Below are positions 7,691 through 17,114 of a stretch of 32,000 bases of DNA, one piece after another. Under the pieces are notes generated by a model, which saw only the letters and a program-made list of their open reading frames with translations, did not search any database and was not told where the DNA came from. Source of the DNA: Pyrolobus fumarii 1A (lineage in GTDB: Archaea; Thermoproteota; Thermoprotei_A; Sulfolobales; Pyrodictiaceae); the NCBI RefSeq assembly GCF_000223395.1, contig NC_015931.1, positions 240,001-272,000 on the forward strand, given 5' to 3'. Position numbers and translations under genes: made by a program. How positions within the stretch are numbered: position 1 is the stretch's first letter; every line of letters begins with the position of its first letter.

Positions 7691-8476
7691 GTGAAGCGTG
7701 TAGCCATAATCGGCTGTGGAGCCATAGGCTCGGAACTAGCTAAGGCTATCGATGATGGGCTAGTGCCGGCTCAGCTAGTGGCACTTTTCGACATTAAGAG
7801 GGATAGGTGTGATAAGGTAGCCTCTAGCCTCGAGCGTGTGAAGCCTAAAGTGGTCTCGAGCATGGACGAGGTGCTTGAAGTAAAACCTGATGTTATAGTA
7901 GAAGCTGCTAGCCAGGCAGCTGTTGCGGAGTACGGGCCACGTATACTCGAGAGGGGCGTTGACCTCATAGTGCTAAGCGTAGGTGCACTGCTGGATAATA
8001 GTGTGCTCAAGAGTCTTGAGGAGGCATCTCGTAAGGGTGGTGGTAGAGTATATGCGCCTACTGGAGCCATAGCTGGGCTGGATGCTATCAGGGCGTTGCG
8101 GATAGTTGGAATAAACAAAGTGGTGTTGCGTACAAGGAAGCCGCCTAAGAGCCTCGGCGTTGATGTTAACGATGTGACGGTATTGTATCGGGGGCCTGCG
8201 CGCGAGGCTGTCAAGAAATACCCGTTTAACGTGAATGTGGCGGCAGCTCTTGCTCTCGCGGCTGGAGTAGAGCCTCTTGTAGAGATCGTGGCTGATCCCA
8301 AGGTAGAACGGAATATACACGAGATAATTGTGGAGTCGGCGGCTTCTAGGCTAACGATACGAGTGGAGAATGTGCCTAGTCCGTCTAACCCGCGTACAAG
8401 TTACCTTGCGGCTCTTTCCTGCATAGAGTTGGTGAGGAGGATAGTGTCGCCTAGGTGGCTAGAGGTAGGAACGTGA
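7691..8476 (+). CDS. nadX: L-aspartate dehydrogenase
   Basis: A Rossmann N-terminus 'KRVAIIGCGAIGSELA' and 'PTGAIAGLDAIRA' are typical of the NadX family. The GTG at 7691 gives the canonical N-terminus. The ORF is open from TTG 7655. Confidence 0.8.
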   Translation: MKRVAIIGCGAIGSELAKAIDDGLVPAQLVALFDIKRDRCDKVASSLERVKPKVVSSMDEVLEVKPDVIVEAASQAAVAEYGPRILERGVDLIVLSVGALLDNSVLKSLEEASRKGGGRVYAPTGAIAGLDAIRALRIVGINKVVLRTRKPPKSLGVDVNDVTVLYRGPAREAVKKYPFNVNVAAALALAAGVEPLVEIVADPKVERNIHEIIVESAASRLTIRVENVPSPSNPRTSYLAALSCIELVRRIVSPRWLEVGT

Positions 8477-8491
8477 GAAAATAACAGAGGG

Positions 8492-10255
8492 CTAGGACGT
8501 TGTGGTTCTCGCCTTTGCAATCGCTTCTTCCTTCTTAGCCCTCAGCAGTTGCTTCGCGAACGCGTAGAACAGGTAAAGGTCTAGTATGAAGCTGATTGCT
8601 GTTACACCGCCAGCTCCAATCTGGAATATGGGTTTTAGGTGCGGCACTATCAATACTAGCCACATTGCAAGGGCGGTCGTCACAGTCACCCATAGGAAGA
8701 CTGCAGGTGCGACTACGGTGAGCGCTAGCCATCCTCTTACTCTTAACACCACATAGATCCACAGTGCGCTCGTCATGAGGGCGAGCGCGGCTAGCAGCTG
8801 GTTTGTGCCAGCGAAAGCAGGCCACACGACTCTCCATGCTGGTGTGCCATCAACAGTCTGAATGGCTAGCAGGCCTCCCAGTGCTATGGAGATCGCGCTA
8901 GCCACCCATCTGTTTGTCAGTAGCTTGTAGAGGCTCTGGTTCCGCTCGGCAAGGAAGTCGAACATCTCGCTCCAGGCGAACCTTGCAAGCCTATTCGCGG
9001 TGTCGAGTGTTGTGAGTACGAACGTGGTTAGTGCTATCGCGGCGAATACCTTTGCAGCGAAGGCGGCGGCTGCTACATCAAAACCGAGGCGGCCGAGGGC
9101 TATGCCAAGCATCTCGCCGTATCCGACTGTGAATTTGGCTAGAGGCTTCGGAAGAGTGGCTACCTTATCCCAGGCAACAGCGATTGGTGTTATCACAGCG
9201 AGGGTAGAGACAGCACCTTCTGTTAGCATTCCTCCATAGCCAATTAGTAGTGCGTCCATCTCGCTTGCCAGCTGTTTGCTCGTGGTGCCGCTTGCAACCA
9301 CGCTGTGGAAGCCGCTGAGAGCGCCACAAGCTATTACTAGTGCTATGCTTGGCCAGAAGGGTGCAAGAGGCTCGTTTGCAATTGGTGTGCCTCCAGCTCC
9401 TATGATGGCAGCTGGTGCAACCCATGTGATTATAGCGGGCTGCTTCAAAGGCACGTCTAGTATCAGTAGGGCTGCAAATGCTGAAGCGATCACAAACGCC
9501 CAAAGAAGGTATGCGTTGAGGTAGTCGCGTGGCTGGAGTAGGTACCAGACTGGCAGTGCGGCGGCTATGAAGCTGTACAGCATTAGCACGTAGACCCACG
9601 AGTTGTAGCTCAGGTATAGTGGCACGTAGAGGCTGTAGACATAGCCTAGTATCGCGAGTACTATGGCGATAATTGTTGACTTGGTTATACCGAGGCCAGC
9701 TCTGTACATCAGGTAGCCTAGGAGTAGCGCAATTGGCATGTAAACCACTGCCTTTGTGGCGGCGTTCGGAGATATGACGGAGTATATCGTGGCAGCTACG
9801 CTGAGGAACGCTGCAATTACAAGCAGCAGCGCACCCCACACGTAGACGAGGAACGCATACTTGGCTTTCTTGCCCATCACGCTCTCCGCGACGCTCATTA
9901 TCGATATTCCGCCGTGGCGCACGCTAGCCATTAGGGCTAGGTAGTCGTGGATAGCGCCTATGAAGAGGTTGCCGAAGATCACCCAGAGTAGTGGCGCGAA
10001 CCAACCGTAGACGGATGCTAGAGCTGGTCCTACGATGGGGCCCGCTCCTGCTATGCTAGCAAAGTGGTGACCATAGAGGACCCACTTGTTAGCTGGCACA
10101 TAGTCGACGCCATCATACCTTGTCCATGCTGGCGTCTTGCGCGTAGCGTCAGCCTTCACGACTTTCCTCTCAATTACCTTGCGGCCATAAGCCCAGTAGC
10201 CGACGATATAGGCGATGATAACCGGGAGTACTATAGCTGCGACCGGGGCCGCCAT
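8492..10255 (-). CDS. cstA: Carbon starvation protein CstA-family transporter
   Basis: This is a 587-aa polytopic membrane protein with the CstA signature 'YGHHFASIAGAGPIVGPALA'. Confidence 0.9.
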   Translation of the reverse strand: MAAPVAAIVLPVIIAYIVGYWAYGRKVIERKVVKADATRKTPAWTRYDGVDYVPANKWVLYGHHFASIAGAGPIVGPALASVYGWFAPLLWVIFGNLFIGAIHDYLALMASVRHGGISIMSVAESVMGKKAKYAFLVYVWGALLLVIAAFLSVAATIYSVISPNAATKAVVYMPIALLLGYLMYRAGLGITKSTIIAIVLAILGYVYSLYVPLYLSYNSWVYVLMLYSFIAAALPVWYLLQPRDYLNAYLLWAFVIASAFAALLILDVPLKQPAIITWVAPAAIIGAGGTPIANEPLAPFWPSIALVIACGALSGFHSVVASGTTSKQLASEMDALLIGYGGMLTEGAVSTLAVITPIAVAWDKVATLPKPLAKFTVGYGEMLGIALGRLGFDVAAAAFAAKVFAAIALTTFVLTTLDTANRLARFAWSEMFDFLAERNQSLYKLLTNRWVASAISIALGGLLAIQTVDGTPAWRVVWPAFAGTNQLLAALALMTSALWIYVVLRVRGWLALTVVAPAVFLWVTVTTALAMWLVLIVPHLKPIFQIGAGGVTAISFILDLYLFYAFAKQLLRAKKEEAIAKARTTTS

Positions 10256-10266
10256 CTTCCCACCCC

Positions 10267-10698
10267 CTACCCTTTACGTGCCTTTAGCCCCGCTGGCGCC
10301 TCGCCAAACGCCAGCCACGGACCGATAAGAAGTCCCATCCATGCCGCTACAGTGGCGCCAGCCAAAGGCGTGTCTACAGGCTTCTTCATCACCTTGACAC
10401 TGGTTACAATAGCGTCCTTTGGTACCTCGCCGTTGCACTGTGCACCCTTTACATCACCTATGGTGAGGCCCTTGAGCTGTGATACTTTGCTCGAGAATTC
10501 GTCAATGGTGCTTGCCCTGCAGGTGGTAGGGCCCTGTATAGTACACTTGTAAACCTCATCGCCGAGTTTCGCCTCTATTGTTGCCTGGAGCGACACGCAA
10601 CCTATCATTCCACGTGTTGCGCCAACATAGAACGAGTATGCCAGCACGGCCAGCGATGCTAGCGTTAAAGCGATGCCAAGCGCCCTCTTGATGCCCAC
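10267..10698 (-). CDS. Hypothetical membrane-anchored/secreted Cys-containing protein, co-transcribed with cstA
   Basis: The N-terminal hydrophobic segment is 'ALGIALTLASLAVLAYSFYV'. The gene ends 11 nt upstream of the cstA start. No recognisable motif. Confidence 0.55.
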   Translation of the reverse strand: MGIKRALGIALTLASLAVLAYSFYVGATRGMIGCVSLQATIEAKLGDEVYKCTIQGPTTCRASTIDEFSSKVSQLKGLTIGDVKGAQCNGEVPKDAIVTSVKVMKKPVDTPLAGATVAAWMGLLIGPWLAFGEAPAGLKARKG

Positions 10699-10813
10699 TG
10701 TTTGACCACCATATGGTATGTTTAAAGTGTTGGGGTATTAAAGAGGATAAGCGCTAACCGATAAACCACCTTTCTTCTCTGATAGAGAATCGCTGAACAA
10801 AGGGTGGGTTCTG

Positions 10814-11104
10814 ATGGTATGGATTAGAGAGGCCGTAGATGCGCTGAAGAACGTGATAGCAGGTTTCTTGAAAGCGCTTAGAGACCAGGCTGTTGAGGCC
10901 ATTGAACTAGAGGCTAAAGAGCTTGAGACAACTTTCTACATGCTTGTTGCTGCTCCTCTAGCTGGTATACCTCTGGCGCCCACAGGCCTGGTGTTGGAGC
11001 TTGCGCATCTTCTAGGTGAGGAACTCGATAGAGCATTGCAAAGGCTGGGACGCTGGGCCGACCTGTTTGCAGACTACTTTGCCAGCCTGGGTGGAGAGTG
11101 GTAG
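10814..11104 (+). CDS. Hypothetical small helical protein with a central hydrophobic segment
   Basis: The 96-aa ORF has an ATG start preceded by a GGGUGG SD-like tract. Its stop overlaps the GTG start of the ArsA-like gene by 7 nt. Confidence 0.5.
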   Translation: MVWIREAVDALKNVIAGFLKALRDQAVEAIELEAKELETTFYMLVAAPLAGIPLAPTGLVLELAHLLGEELDRALQRLGRWADLFADYFASLGGEW

Positions 11105-12078
11105 AGTTGACCCTCATTCGCGTATTAGAGGAGAGCATAGACGGTCGTAAAGTGATGCTTGTGTATGGGAAGGGCGGTGTTGGTAAAACAACTTTTAGCC
11201 TAATGGTAGGGCTCCACATGTCAGCACATGGCTATAAGGTTCTTGTAGTATCGTTGGATCCGGCGAAGCACCTACCAAACTACGTTAATTGTAAGTGTAT
11301 AAACCGTGTCTATGCGGTCACCGACAACCTTCATGTAGAGCAGTATGATGTGACGGTAGATGTTAAGAGGCTTGGTGAAGAGTATGCCCTCCTTTTGAGA
11401 AGGGTATCTACACGGTTAGCTGCTCTGAACCTGGACAAGGTGCTTAATGTCGTTACGGCTGCACCCGGGTTGGAAGAGGAGGCGTATCTGCGTAAGCTAG
11501 AGGCACTATACAATAGGAGTGTTGAGTACGACTATGTGGTTATAGATATGCCTCCTACTGGTGTTGCACTCCGCATAGTAAAGTTGCCACTCTTGTACAA
11601 TGTGTGGCTCGAGGCGCTCGAGGAGATAAGGTTTAGGCTTGCCGAGGCAAGAGCAATGTTAGCGAGAGTAGCGGGTGGCGACTTTAGCGACCCTGTACTC
11701 GAGAAATTGAAGCACCTTAGGAACCGGTTTAGTAAGCTACACAACGCTATAATCGATGGAGGTATTACGCTCCATGTTGGCGTGGCGACGCCCGAGCCGC
11801 TGCCCGTTATGGAGGTCGAGCAGGTAGCGAATGCTCTTAGGCAGCACGGCGCTTGGCTTGGGCTTGCTGTCCTTAACAGGGTGCTTAGTCTGGGCGAAGC
11901 AAAGCGGCTCGGTATACATAGACAACAGGTGGAGGCGTTTGAGCGGCTCAAGAAGGTTGCTCAGCGTGTGCTTCTGATACCGTACCTAGGTAGGCCTACC
12001 AAGAGCTTAGGAGATGTTCAGGAGCTTCTCAGCCTGGTTAAAAGACTGGAGTTGGGAGATATCCTGCCTCAACTCTAG
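11098..12078 (+). CDS. ArsA/Get3-family P-loop ATPase
   Basis: A deviant Walker A 'GKGGVGKTT' is followed by 'VVSLDPAKHL' (the DPAHS-type signature of ArsA/Get3). GGUGGAG lies immediately upstream of the GTG start. Confidence 0.85.
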   Translation: MVELTLIRVLEESIDGRKVMLVYGKGGVGKTTFSLMVGLHMSAHGYKVLVVSLDPAKHLPNYVNCKCINRVYAVTDNLHVEQYDVTVDVKRLGEEYALLLRRVSTRLAALNLDKVLNVVTAAPGLEEEAYLRKLEALYNRSVEYDYVVIDMPPTGVALRIVKLPLLYNVWLEALEEIRFRLAEARAMLARVAGGDFSDPVLEKLKHLRNRFSKLHNAIIDGGITLHVGVATPEPLPVMEVEQVANALRQHGAWLGLAVLNRVLSLGEAKRLGIHRQQVEAFERLKKVAQRVLLIPYLGRPTKSLGDVQELLSLVKRLELGDILPQL

Positions 12079-13436
12079 TAGTTTCTCCAAGCTCTACGGT
12101 ATATCCATTCAACGTCCTTGGCGGTTACCGGCCTCGGGTTGAGCGCGAGGAGCGCCTTCTGCTTCAGAGTCTCCTCGGCCATGGCTGGTATATCGTTCGG
12201 GTCTACGCCCACAGCCTCTAGACCCGGCGTGAACCCGACATCCTTTTGCAGCTCCCTAATCTTATCTGCAGCCCACTTTGCGCCTTCAGGGCAGCAGCGG
12301 CATGGTGGTTTCTCGCCGGATAGCAGCTCGCCTACCTTAGTGGCCTTGCAGTAGTCGGCGGGCGCGTTGAACTCTAGTACGGCCGGTAGCAGTATACCTA
12401 CAGCTTCACCGTGTGTGAGCTTGTAGCGGCCACCTAGTGGGTAACTAGCTGCATGGGCCAAGCTCGTGCCAGCGTTGCCGAAAGCGAGACCGGCAAGGTT
12501 GGAGGCTAGTAGCATGCCAGCCCTAGCCTCGATATCCGTCTGGCCGTTGTAGGCCGCTCTCCGTAGGTACCTGCCTATCAGCTCAATGGCCTTCTCGGCG
12601 AGCGCGTCTGTGATCGGGTTCGAGCCGTGATACACGGGCCTCTTAGCTGGTGTTTCGGGCTTCGGGCGTGCATAGAAGGGTATGGCCATATAGGCTTCCA
12701 CTGCGTGCGTCAATGCGTCCATCGCTGTGTCTACAGTTACCTTCTTCGGCATCGTCAATGTCAACTCTGGGTCTAGGAGTGCTAGGTATGGTCGCAGCTC
12801 GTCGCTACGAACACCGACCTTCACCTTGAGGTCCGGGAGGGTGACAACGGCGACGCTTGTAACCTCGCTGCCAGTGCCAGCTGTTGTGGGTACAGCTATC
12901 AACGGCTTAATCGGTCCCGGGACCGGCTTGCCAGCACCATAAGGCGGCGCAACATAGTCCCTAACCCTACCGCCATACCTCTCGAGGACAGCAGCGACCT
13001 TAGCAGCGTCAATAACGGAGCCGCCGCCCACCGCGAGGATAGCATCTGGACCAAACTTTCTCATAGCGTCAGCTAGCTGCTCCACATTAGAATCGCTAGG
13101 CTCGGGCTCCACATCCGAGAAATACTCCATCTCAACGCCCTCCGGCAACAACTTCTCAATACGCTGAATGAGGCCTCTACGGACCCAGCCCCTAGTCGTC
13201 ACCACGAAAAGCTTCCTGGCCTTGAGCCTCTCAAGCTCATAGCCAAGCTCGTTTAGCACACCGACGCCGAACTTCACGCGAGGAGTGCGGAACTCGAACA
13301 CGTTATCCGCATAGCTTGTCGGCGGAAGGAACAATCCGAGTACACCCAGAAGCCGCCCTTCACGCCCAGGATAAAACGGGTTGTAGCGCCTCAGACCCAG
13401 GGTACCCAAAGACAGCTTAGACCCCGCCCTCTTCAC
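12075..13436 (-). CDS. Iron-containing (class III) alcohol dehydrogenase
   Basis: 'AVGGGSVIDAAKV' is the GGGSxxDxAK motif, and histidine-rich metal-site segments follow ('DALTHAVEAY', 'LAHAASYPLG'). The canonical N-terminus would begin at GTG 13301 (MFEFRTPRVKFG), so the 45-aa extension to 13436 is uncertain. Confidence 0.85.
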   Translation of the reverse strand: MKRAGSKLSLGTLGLRRYNPFYPGREGRLLGVLGLFLPPTSYADNVFEFRTPRVKFGVGVLNELGYELERLKARKLFVVTTRGWVRRGLIQRIEKLLPEGVEMEYFSDVEPEPSDSNVEQLADAMRKFGPDAILAVGGGSVIDAAKVAAVLERYGGRVRDYVAPPYGAGKPVPGPIKPLIAVPTTAGTGSEVTSVAVVTLPDLKVKVGVRSDELRPYLALLDPELTLTMPKKVTVDTAMDALTHAVEAYMAIPFYARPKPETPAKRPVYHGSNPITDALAEKAIELIGRYLRRAAYNGQTDIEARAGMLLASNLAGLAFGNAGTSLAHAASYPLGGRYKLTHGEAVGILLPAVLEFNAPADYCKATKVGELLSGEKPPCRCCPEGAKWAADKIRELQKDVGFTPGLEAVGVDPNDIPAMAEETLKQKALLALNPRPVTAKDVEWIYRRAWRNY

Positions 13437-13643
13437 GGTGGATTGTGGAGTGAGGACCGTGTTACCTTCTGAGCAGAGTGATGAACGGCGCGAAAACCGA
13501 TTTGCCCCGTCTGCGCACCACTCTCTCGCTCACAACATGGCCGTCGGAGGGCCGCGTGTCGCCGCGGCCTCCTATGACGGCGGCTCGGGGCTCTCCCTGC
13601 GGGGGCTCGCCACCCCCACCTATAACGCCGGTTTGCTCTACGC

Positions 13644-15167
13644 GTGACAAGGGGTGTGGTTTTGGATAGGAGGCTTGAAACGAGACCTGCCTTTGCCATA
13701 CGCGAGATGCTACTTAGCGGGGAGCTAAGTGTTGACGAGTACGTGGCGCGCATCTACGAGGTTATAAGAAAGAGCGAGTGTCTAAATGCGTTTATAACGC
13801 TGAGAAAGCAGGAGGATGTAGAGAAGGAGCTACGCAGTGTTGTTGAAAGGGCGTCGCGAGGCGATAACCTACCGCTAGCCGGCGTTCTCGTAGCAGTCAA
13901 GGATAACATTGTAACCAAGGGGCTGAGGACGACATGCGCTTCACGCATGCTTGAGGAGTTTATCCCGCCGTATAATGCGACAGTCGTAGAGCGCTTGGTT
14001 AGAGCTGGGGCTGTGATACTCGGAAAGACGAACATGGATGAGTTCGCGATGGGCTCGACCAGCGAGTTGAGCGCCTACGGGCCCGTAGGTAACCCCTGGT
14101 GTCCCAGTAGGGTGCCCGGCGGCAGTAGCGGTGGTAGCGCGGTAGCAGCAGCCATAGGTGCAGGTGGAGTAGCTCTCGGTAGCGATACTGGTGGTAGTAT
14201 CCGTCTGCCGGCTGCTTGGAGCGGGGTATACGGCCTCAAGCCTACGTACGGCCTTGTCTCAAGGTATGGTCTGGTCGCGTACGCCGATAGCCTTGAACAG
14301 ATAGGGCCCCTAGCACGACACCCGCGAGACATTGCAATGGTGATGGAGGTTATCGCTGGGTTCGACGAGCGCGACTCGACCACGTTGAGGATCGGTGGAT
14401 GGCGTGAGTTGCCCTCCAGGCCCGTAAGGCCGAGGATAGCAATCCTGAGAGACTTGCTCGAACATCCAGGTGTGGACGAGCGGGTCGCGAAGGTCGTCGA
14501 GAAGATGGTGTATAGGCTCTCTGAGTCGCTGGGATGGGATATTGGAGAGGTCAAGCTCGGTAGCGAGATACTTGATCTCGCACTCCCGGCCTACTACGTT
14601 ATAGCTATGAGTGAGGCTAGTAGCAACCTAGCCAGGTACACCGGGATACTGTATGGGCCGCCCGGCCGTAAGATAGTGGATAACGTGCCATGGACCAGGT
14701 GGTTCTCTGAGGTGCGTAAGCTCTTCGGTTGGGAGGTTAAACGCAGGATATTCATGGGTGCTTTCGCACTCAGCGCGGGATACCGTGATGCGCTCTACGA
14801 GAAAGCTCTTATAATCAGACGTCGTGTTAAGGATGCTGTGTTGCGCGTGCTGAAGAACTGGGATGCAGTAGTGCTACCCTCTTGCGTCTCGCCTCCACCG
14901 CGTAAGGGCGAGGCGATAGGCGATCCGCTGCGAATGTATGCTCTGGACTTAGCGAACGTTATAGCCAATCTGGCTGGTGTACCGGCATTAGCGGTCCCAG
15001 CGGGTACCGTTGATGGTCTTCCGGTTGGCGCTCAACTAATATCACAGCCGCTCAACGATAGGCTGCTCGTTGAACTCGCCATAGAGATTGAGGATCATCT
15101 TCACCTATATCGCGAGCCTCCAGAAGAACCGTGCAAGGTGAAGTGTGGTGAAGCAGATGGAGAATGA
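13644..15167 (+). CDS. gatA: Asp/Glu-tRNA amidotransferase subunit A (amidase signature family)
   Basis: The amidase signature reads 'GGSSGGSAVAAAIGAGGVALGSDTGGSIRLPAA', and 'KDNI' lies upstream of it. The start is GTG, and the exact start is uncertain by a few codons. Confidence 0.9.
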   Translation: MTRGVVLDRRLETRPAFAIREMLLSGELSVDEYVARIYEVIRKSECLNAFITLRKQEDVEKELRSVVERASRGDNLPLAGVLVAVKDNIVTKGLRTTCASRMLEEFIPPYNATVVERLVRAGAVILGKTNMDEFAMGSTSELSAYGPVGNPWCPSRVPGGSSGGSAVAAAIGAGGVALGSDTGGSIRLPAAWSGVYGLKPTYGLVSRYGLVAYADSLEQIGPLARHPRDIAMVMEVIAGFDERDSTTLRIGGWRELPSRPVRPRIAILRDLLEHPGVDERVAKVVEKMVYRLSESLGWDIGEVKLGSEILDLALPAYYVIAMSEASSNLARYTGILYGPPGRKIVDNVPWTRWFSEVRKLFGWEVKRRIFMGAFALSAGYRDALYEKALIIRRRVKDAVLRVLKNWDAVVLPSCVSPPPRKGEAIGDPLRMYALDLANVIANLAGVPALAVPAGTVDGLPVGAQLISQPLNDRLLVELAIEIEDHLHLYREPPEEPCKVKCGEADGE

Positions 15168-15423
15168 GAGACAACGCGTAGATCCCCTAGTGGTTATAGA
15201 CCGATTGATGTCTGTGCTTGAGATGATGGAGGTACAGATCGATAGACTGGGGGAGAGGCTAACAGCTTGTAGGGCTGAGGGGGGTGAGGGAGGTACAGTG
15301 TACCCGCTTTACCAGCTGGTGATTAGAGCTAAGGAGCTTCTGAGGGAGCTAAGGATCCTCGTGTTTGAAGAGTGTGGGGGCTCTGCAGCGGCTGGGCCTC
15401 AGCATCAAGAGACTCAGCGGTAA
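15154..15423 (+). CDS. Hypothetical small coiled-coil protein
   Basis: The ATG at 15154 overlaps the gatA end by 14 nt. The sequence has a helical heptad-like character. It does not resemble GatC as I know it. Confidence 0.35.
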   Translation, partial: QMENERQRVDPLVVIDRLMSVLEMMEVQIDRLGERLTACRAEGGEGGTVYPLYQLVIRAKELLRELRILVFEECGGSAAAGPQHQETQR

Positions 15424-15442
15424 TACCAGTCTTCACTGCCCC

Positions 15443-16525
15443 ATGGTCTTGGTACCGAGCTACAACTTCTCTATAAACCGTGGCTCTTTGCCTCCCGGCA
15501 CTCGGGTGAGTGCCATAACCGGGTATAGACTCCCAAAGGCCTTCATAACCACGGTGGTTGGCAGCTATCCTAAGATGCCCGAGGCGGAAGAGGCTATCCG
15601 AAAGAGGAGGCAAGGTCTGATAACAGAGGAAGAGTTCCACAAGCTTGTACAACCTGCAATAAAGAAAGTCATAGAGGATCATCTGGAAGCTGGTGTGGAC
15701 ATCCTTAGTGATGGTGAGCAGGCGCGTGATGATATGGTTGTCTATTTCGCGGAGAGGATTGGTGGGTATAGTGGTGGCGAGTGGGTACGAATATTCGATA
15801 ACGTGTACTTTAGGAAGCCTGTTATAGTCGCTAGGCTCGAGTACAAGGGTCCCATGGCGGTCATGGATTGGGAGTATGCTACTAGTATAGCACAGGGTAG
15901 GCCCGTCAAGGCTATACTGACAGGCCCTTACACGATGGCTGACTGGAGTTTCGATCTACAATATGGTGATCGCCGCGAACTAGTTCTAGAGCTAGCTAGG
16001 GTGTTGCGTCACGAGATAGAAGAGTTCGTGAAGAGAGGTGCAAAGTTCATACAAGTTGACGAGCCTGCGCTGCCGACAAGACCGCTGCCAGAGGAAGCCG
16101 AGCTAGTGAAAGAGGCGCTCGAGATCATGCTTAAGGGTATTGAGGTTAAGAAGATAGTACACGTCTGCTTTGGTAGGATTGAGAAGCTACTACCACACCT
16201 CATGGAGTTCCCGGTTGACCAGCTTGATCTCGAGTTCAAAAACAGCGGATTCAAACTGCTACCCTACGTGAAGGAGTACTGGGATCCACGCAAGGAGATA
16301 GGCTACGGTGTGATAGACGTGCATAGCTTGCGCGTTGAAAGCGTGGAGGAGATAATAGAGGACGTAGAGAGATTGTTGAAACTAGACGTCATACCACCAG
16401 AGAAAATATACATTGATCCTGACTGTGGCTTGAAGAGACTGCCGAGAGATGTTGCTAGAGCTAAGCTGCGTAACATGGTTGAAGCGGCGCGCCAGTTAAG
16501 GAAAAAGTACGGGTTCGAAGAGTAG
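15443..16525 (+). CDS. metE: Cobalamin-independent methionine synthase (MetE catalytic-domain type)
   Basis: 'TTVVGSYPK' lies at the N-terminus. The zinc ligands appear as 'IVHVCFG' (HxC) and 'DPDCGLK'. The start is ATG 15443, with GTG 15506 as an alternative. Confidence 0.85.
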   Translation: MVLVPSYNFSINRGSLPPGTRVSAITGYRLPKAFITTVVGSYPKMPEAEEAIRKRRQGLITEEEFHKLVQPAIKKVIEDHLEAGVDILSDGEQARDDMVVYFAERIGGYSGGEWVRIFDNVYFRKPVIVARLEYKGPMAVMDWEYATSIAQGRPVKAILTGPYTMADWSFDLQYGDRRELVLELARVLRHEIEEFVKRGAKFIQVDEPALPTRPLPEEAELVKEALEIMLKGIEVKKIVHVCFGRIEKLLPHLMEFPVDQLDLEFKNSGFKLLPYVKEYWDPRKEIGYGVIDVHSLRVESVEEIIEDVERLLKLDVIPPEKIYIDPDCGLKRLPRDVARAKLRNMVEAARQLRKKYGFEE

Positions 16526-16533
16526 CCGGAATG

Positions 16534-17100
16534 TCAGCTGCTGCGAACATCGTAGAGTAATGCTACAGCTCTTTTACACTCGCTGCCGCGTATGAGATTC
16601 CATGCGTTGCGTCCAGCTAGTTTTTCGCCCTCCCTTGTCTCCACGTATGCGCCAGTATAACGCCCGTCCTCAACAACGAGGATTGCGGACCACCCCTCCT
16701 CAGGGCAAGATACGTCAAGCCTAGCCGTCTTCAAGTTCAGCTCGGATGCTCTCTTTATGCCCCATGCTAGTATATTGCTAGGTTGGCCCGTTACACTGTC
16801 AACATGTCTACTTCGCGCTATTAGTACGGCAAGATATATCGGATCGGTTAACTTGGCTGATACGCGCTCTTCGAATGTGGGGTGTATGTCCTTTATCGCT
16901 TGAACCTCGACGTGTTGAATGTCTACCTTGGCCTCTTCGCGCTTCTTTGACATGTACTCTCGGTACTCCGGGCATTTCGTATAGTTGCCAGAAATGCAAG
17001 GTCTCGTGAATGGATTGACATGTTTCCCCGTAAGCTTACAATGCACTATGAAACCCTTCCGCTCGGCATAGGGACATTTCACTGTGCACCACCTCTCCAA
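16534..17100 (-). CDS. Hypothetical protein: Cys-rich N-terminus plus a C-terminal domain of unknown function
   Basis: Five Cys fall in the first 43 aa (C5, C9, C21, C35, C43). The C-terminal segment 'ILVVEDGRYTGAYVETREGEKLAGRNAWNLI' is reminiscent of DUF4388-type domains, which is a weak call. The TTG start lies 14 nt after the upstream gene. Confidence 0.55.
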   Translation of the reverse strand: MERWCTVKCPYAERKGFIVHCKLTGKHVNPFTRPCISGNYTKCPEYREYMSKKREEAKVDIQHVEVQAIKDIHPTFEERVSAKLTDPIYLAVLIARSRHVDSVTGQPSNILAWGIKRASELNLKTARLDVSCPEEGWSAILVVEDGRYTGAYVETREGEKLAGRNAWNLIRGSECKRAVALLYDVRSS

Positions 17101-17114
17101 AAGCTACATTATCG

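Noticed and set aside
7771-8301. Long alternative-frame or antisense ORFs inside well-supported genes, for example 7771..8301, 9165..9839, 11532..11951, 14075..14554, 17500..17973 and 27666..28244.
   Set aside because: They have the S/T/A/R/P-rich composition typical of shadow ORFs in GC-rich coding DNA. Each lies entirely within a gene that has clear family motifs.
13478-13533. A C/D-box sRNA: GUGAUGA at 13478-13484, CCGA as D', and a flanking terminal stem.
   Set aside because: There is no CUGA D box next to the terminal stem (only CUGC, 4 nt away) and no recognisable C' box. It is kept only as part of the intergenic-structure finding.
15154-15423. GatC (amidotransferase subunit C), because of its size and its position overlapping the gatA stop.
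   Set aside because: The sequence shows none of the GatC pattern I know, and the call would rest on position alone. It is left as hypothetical.
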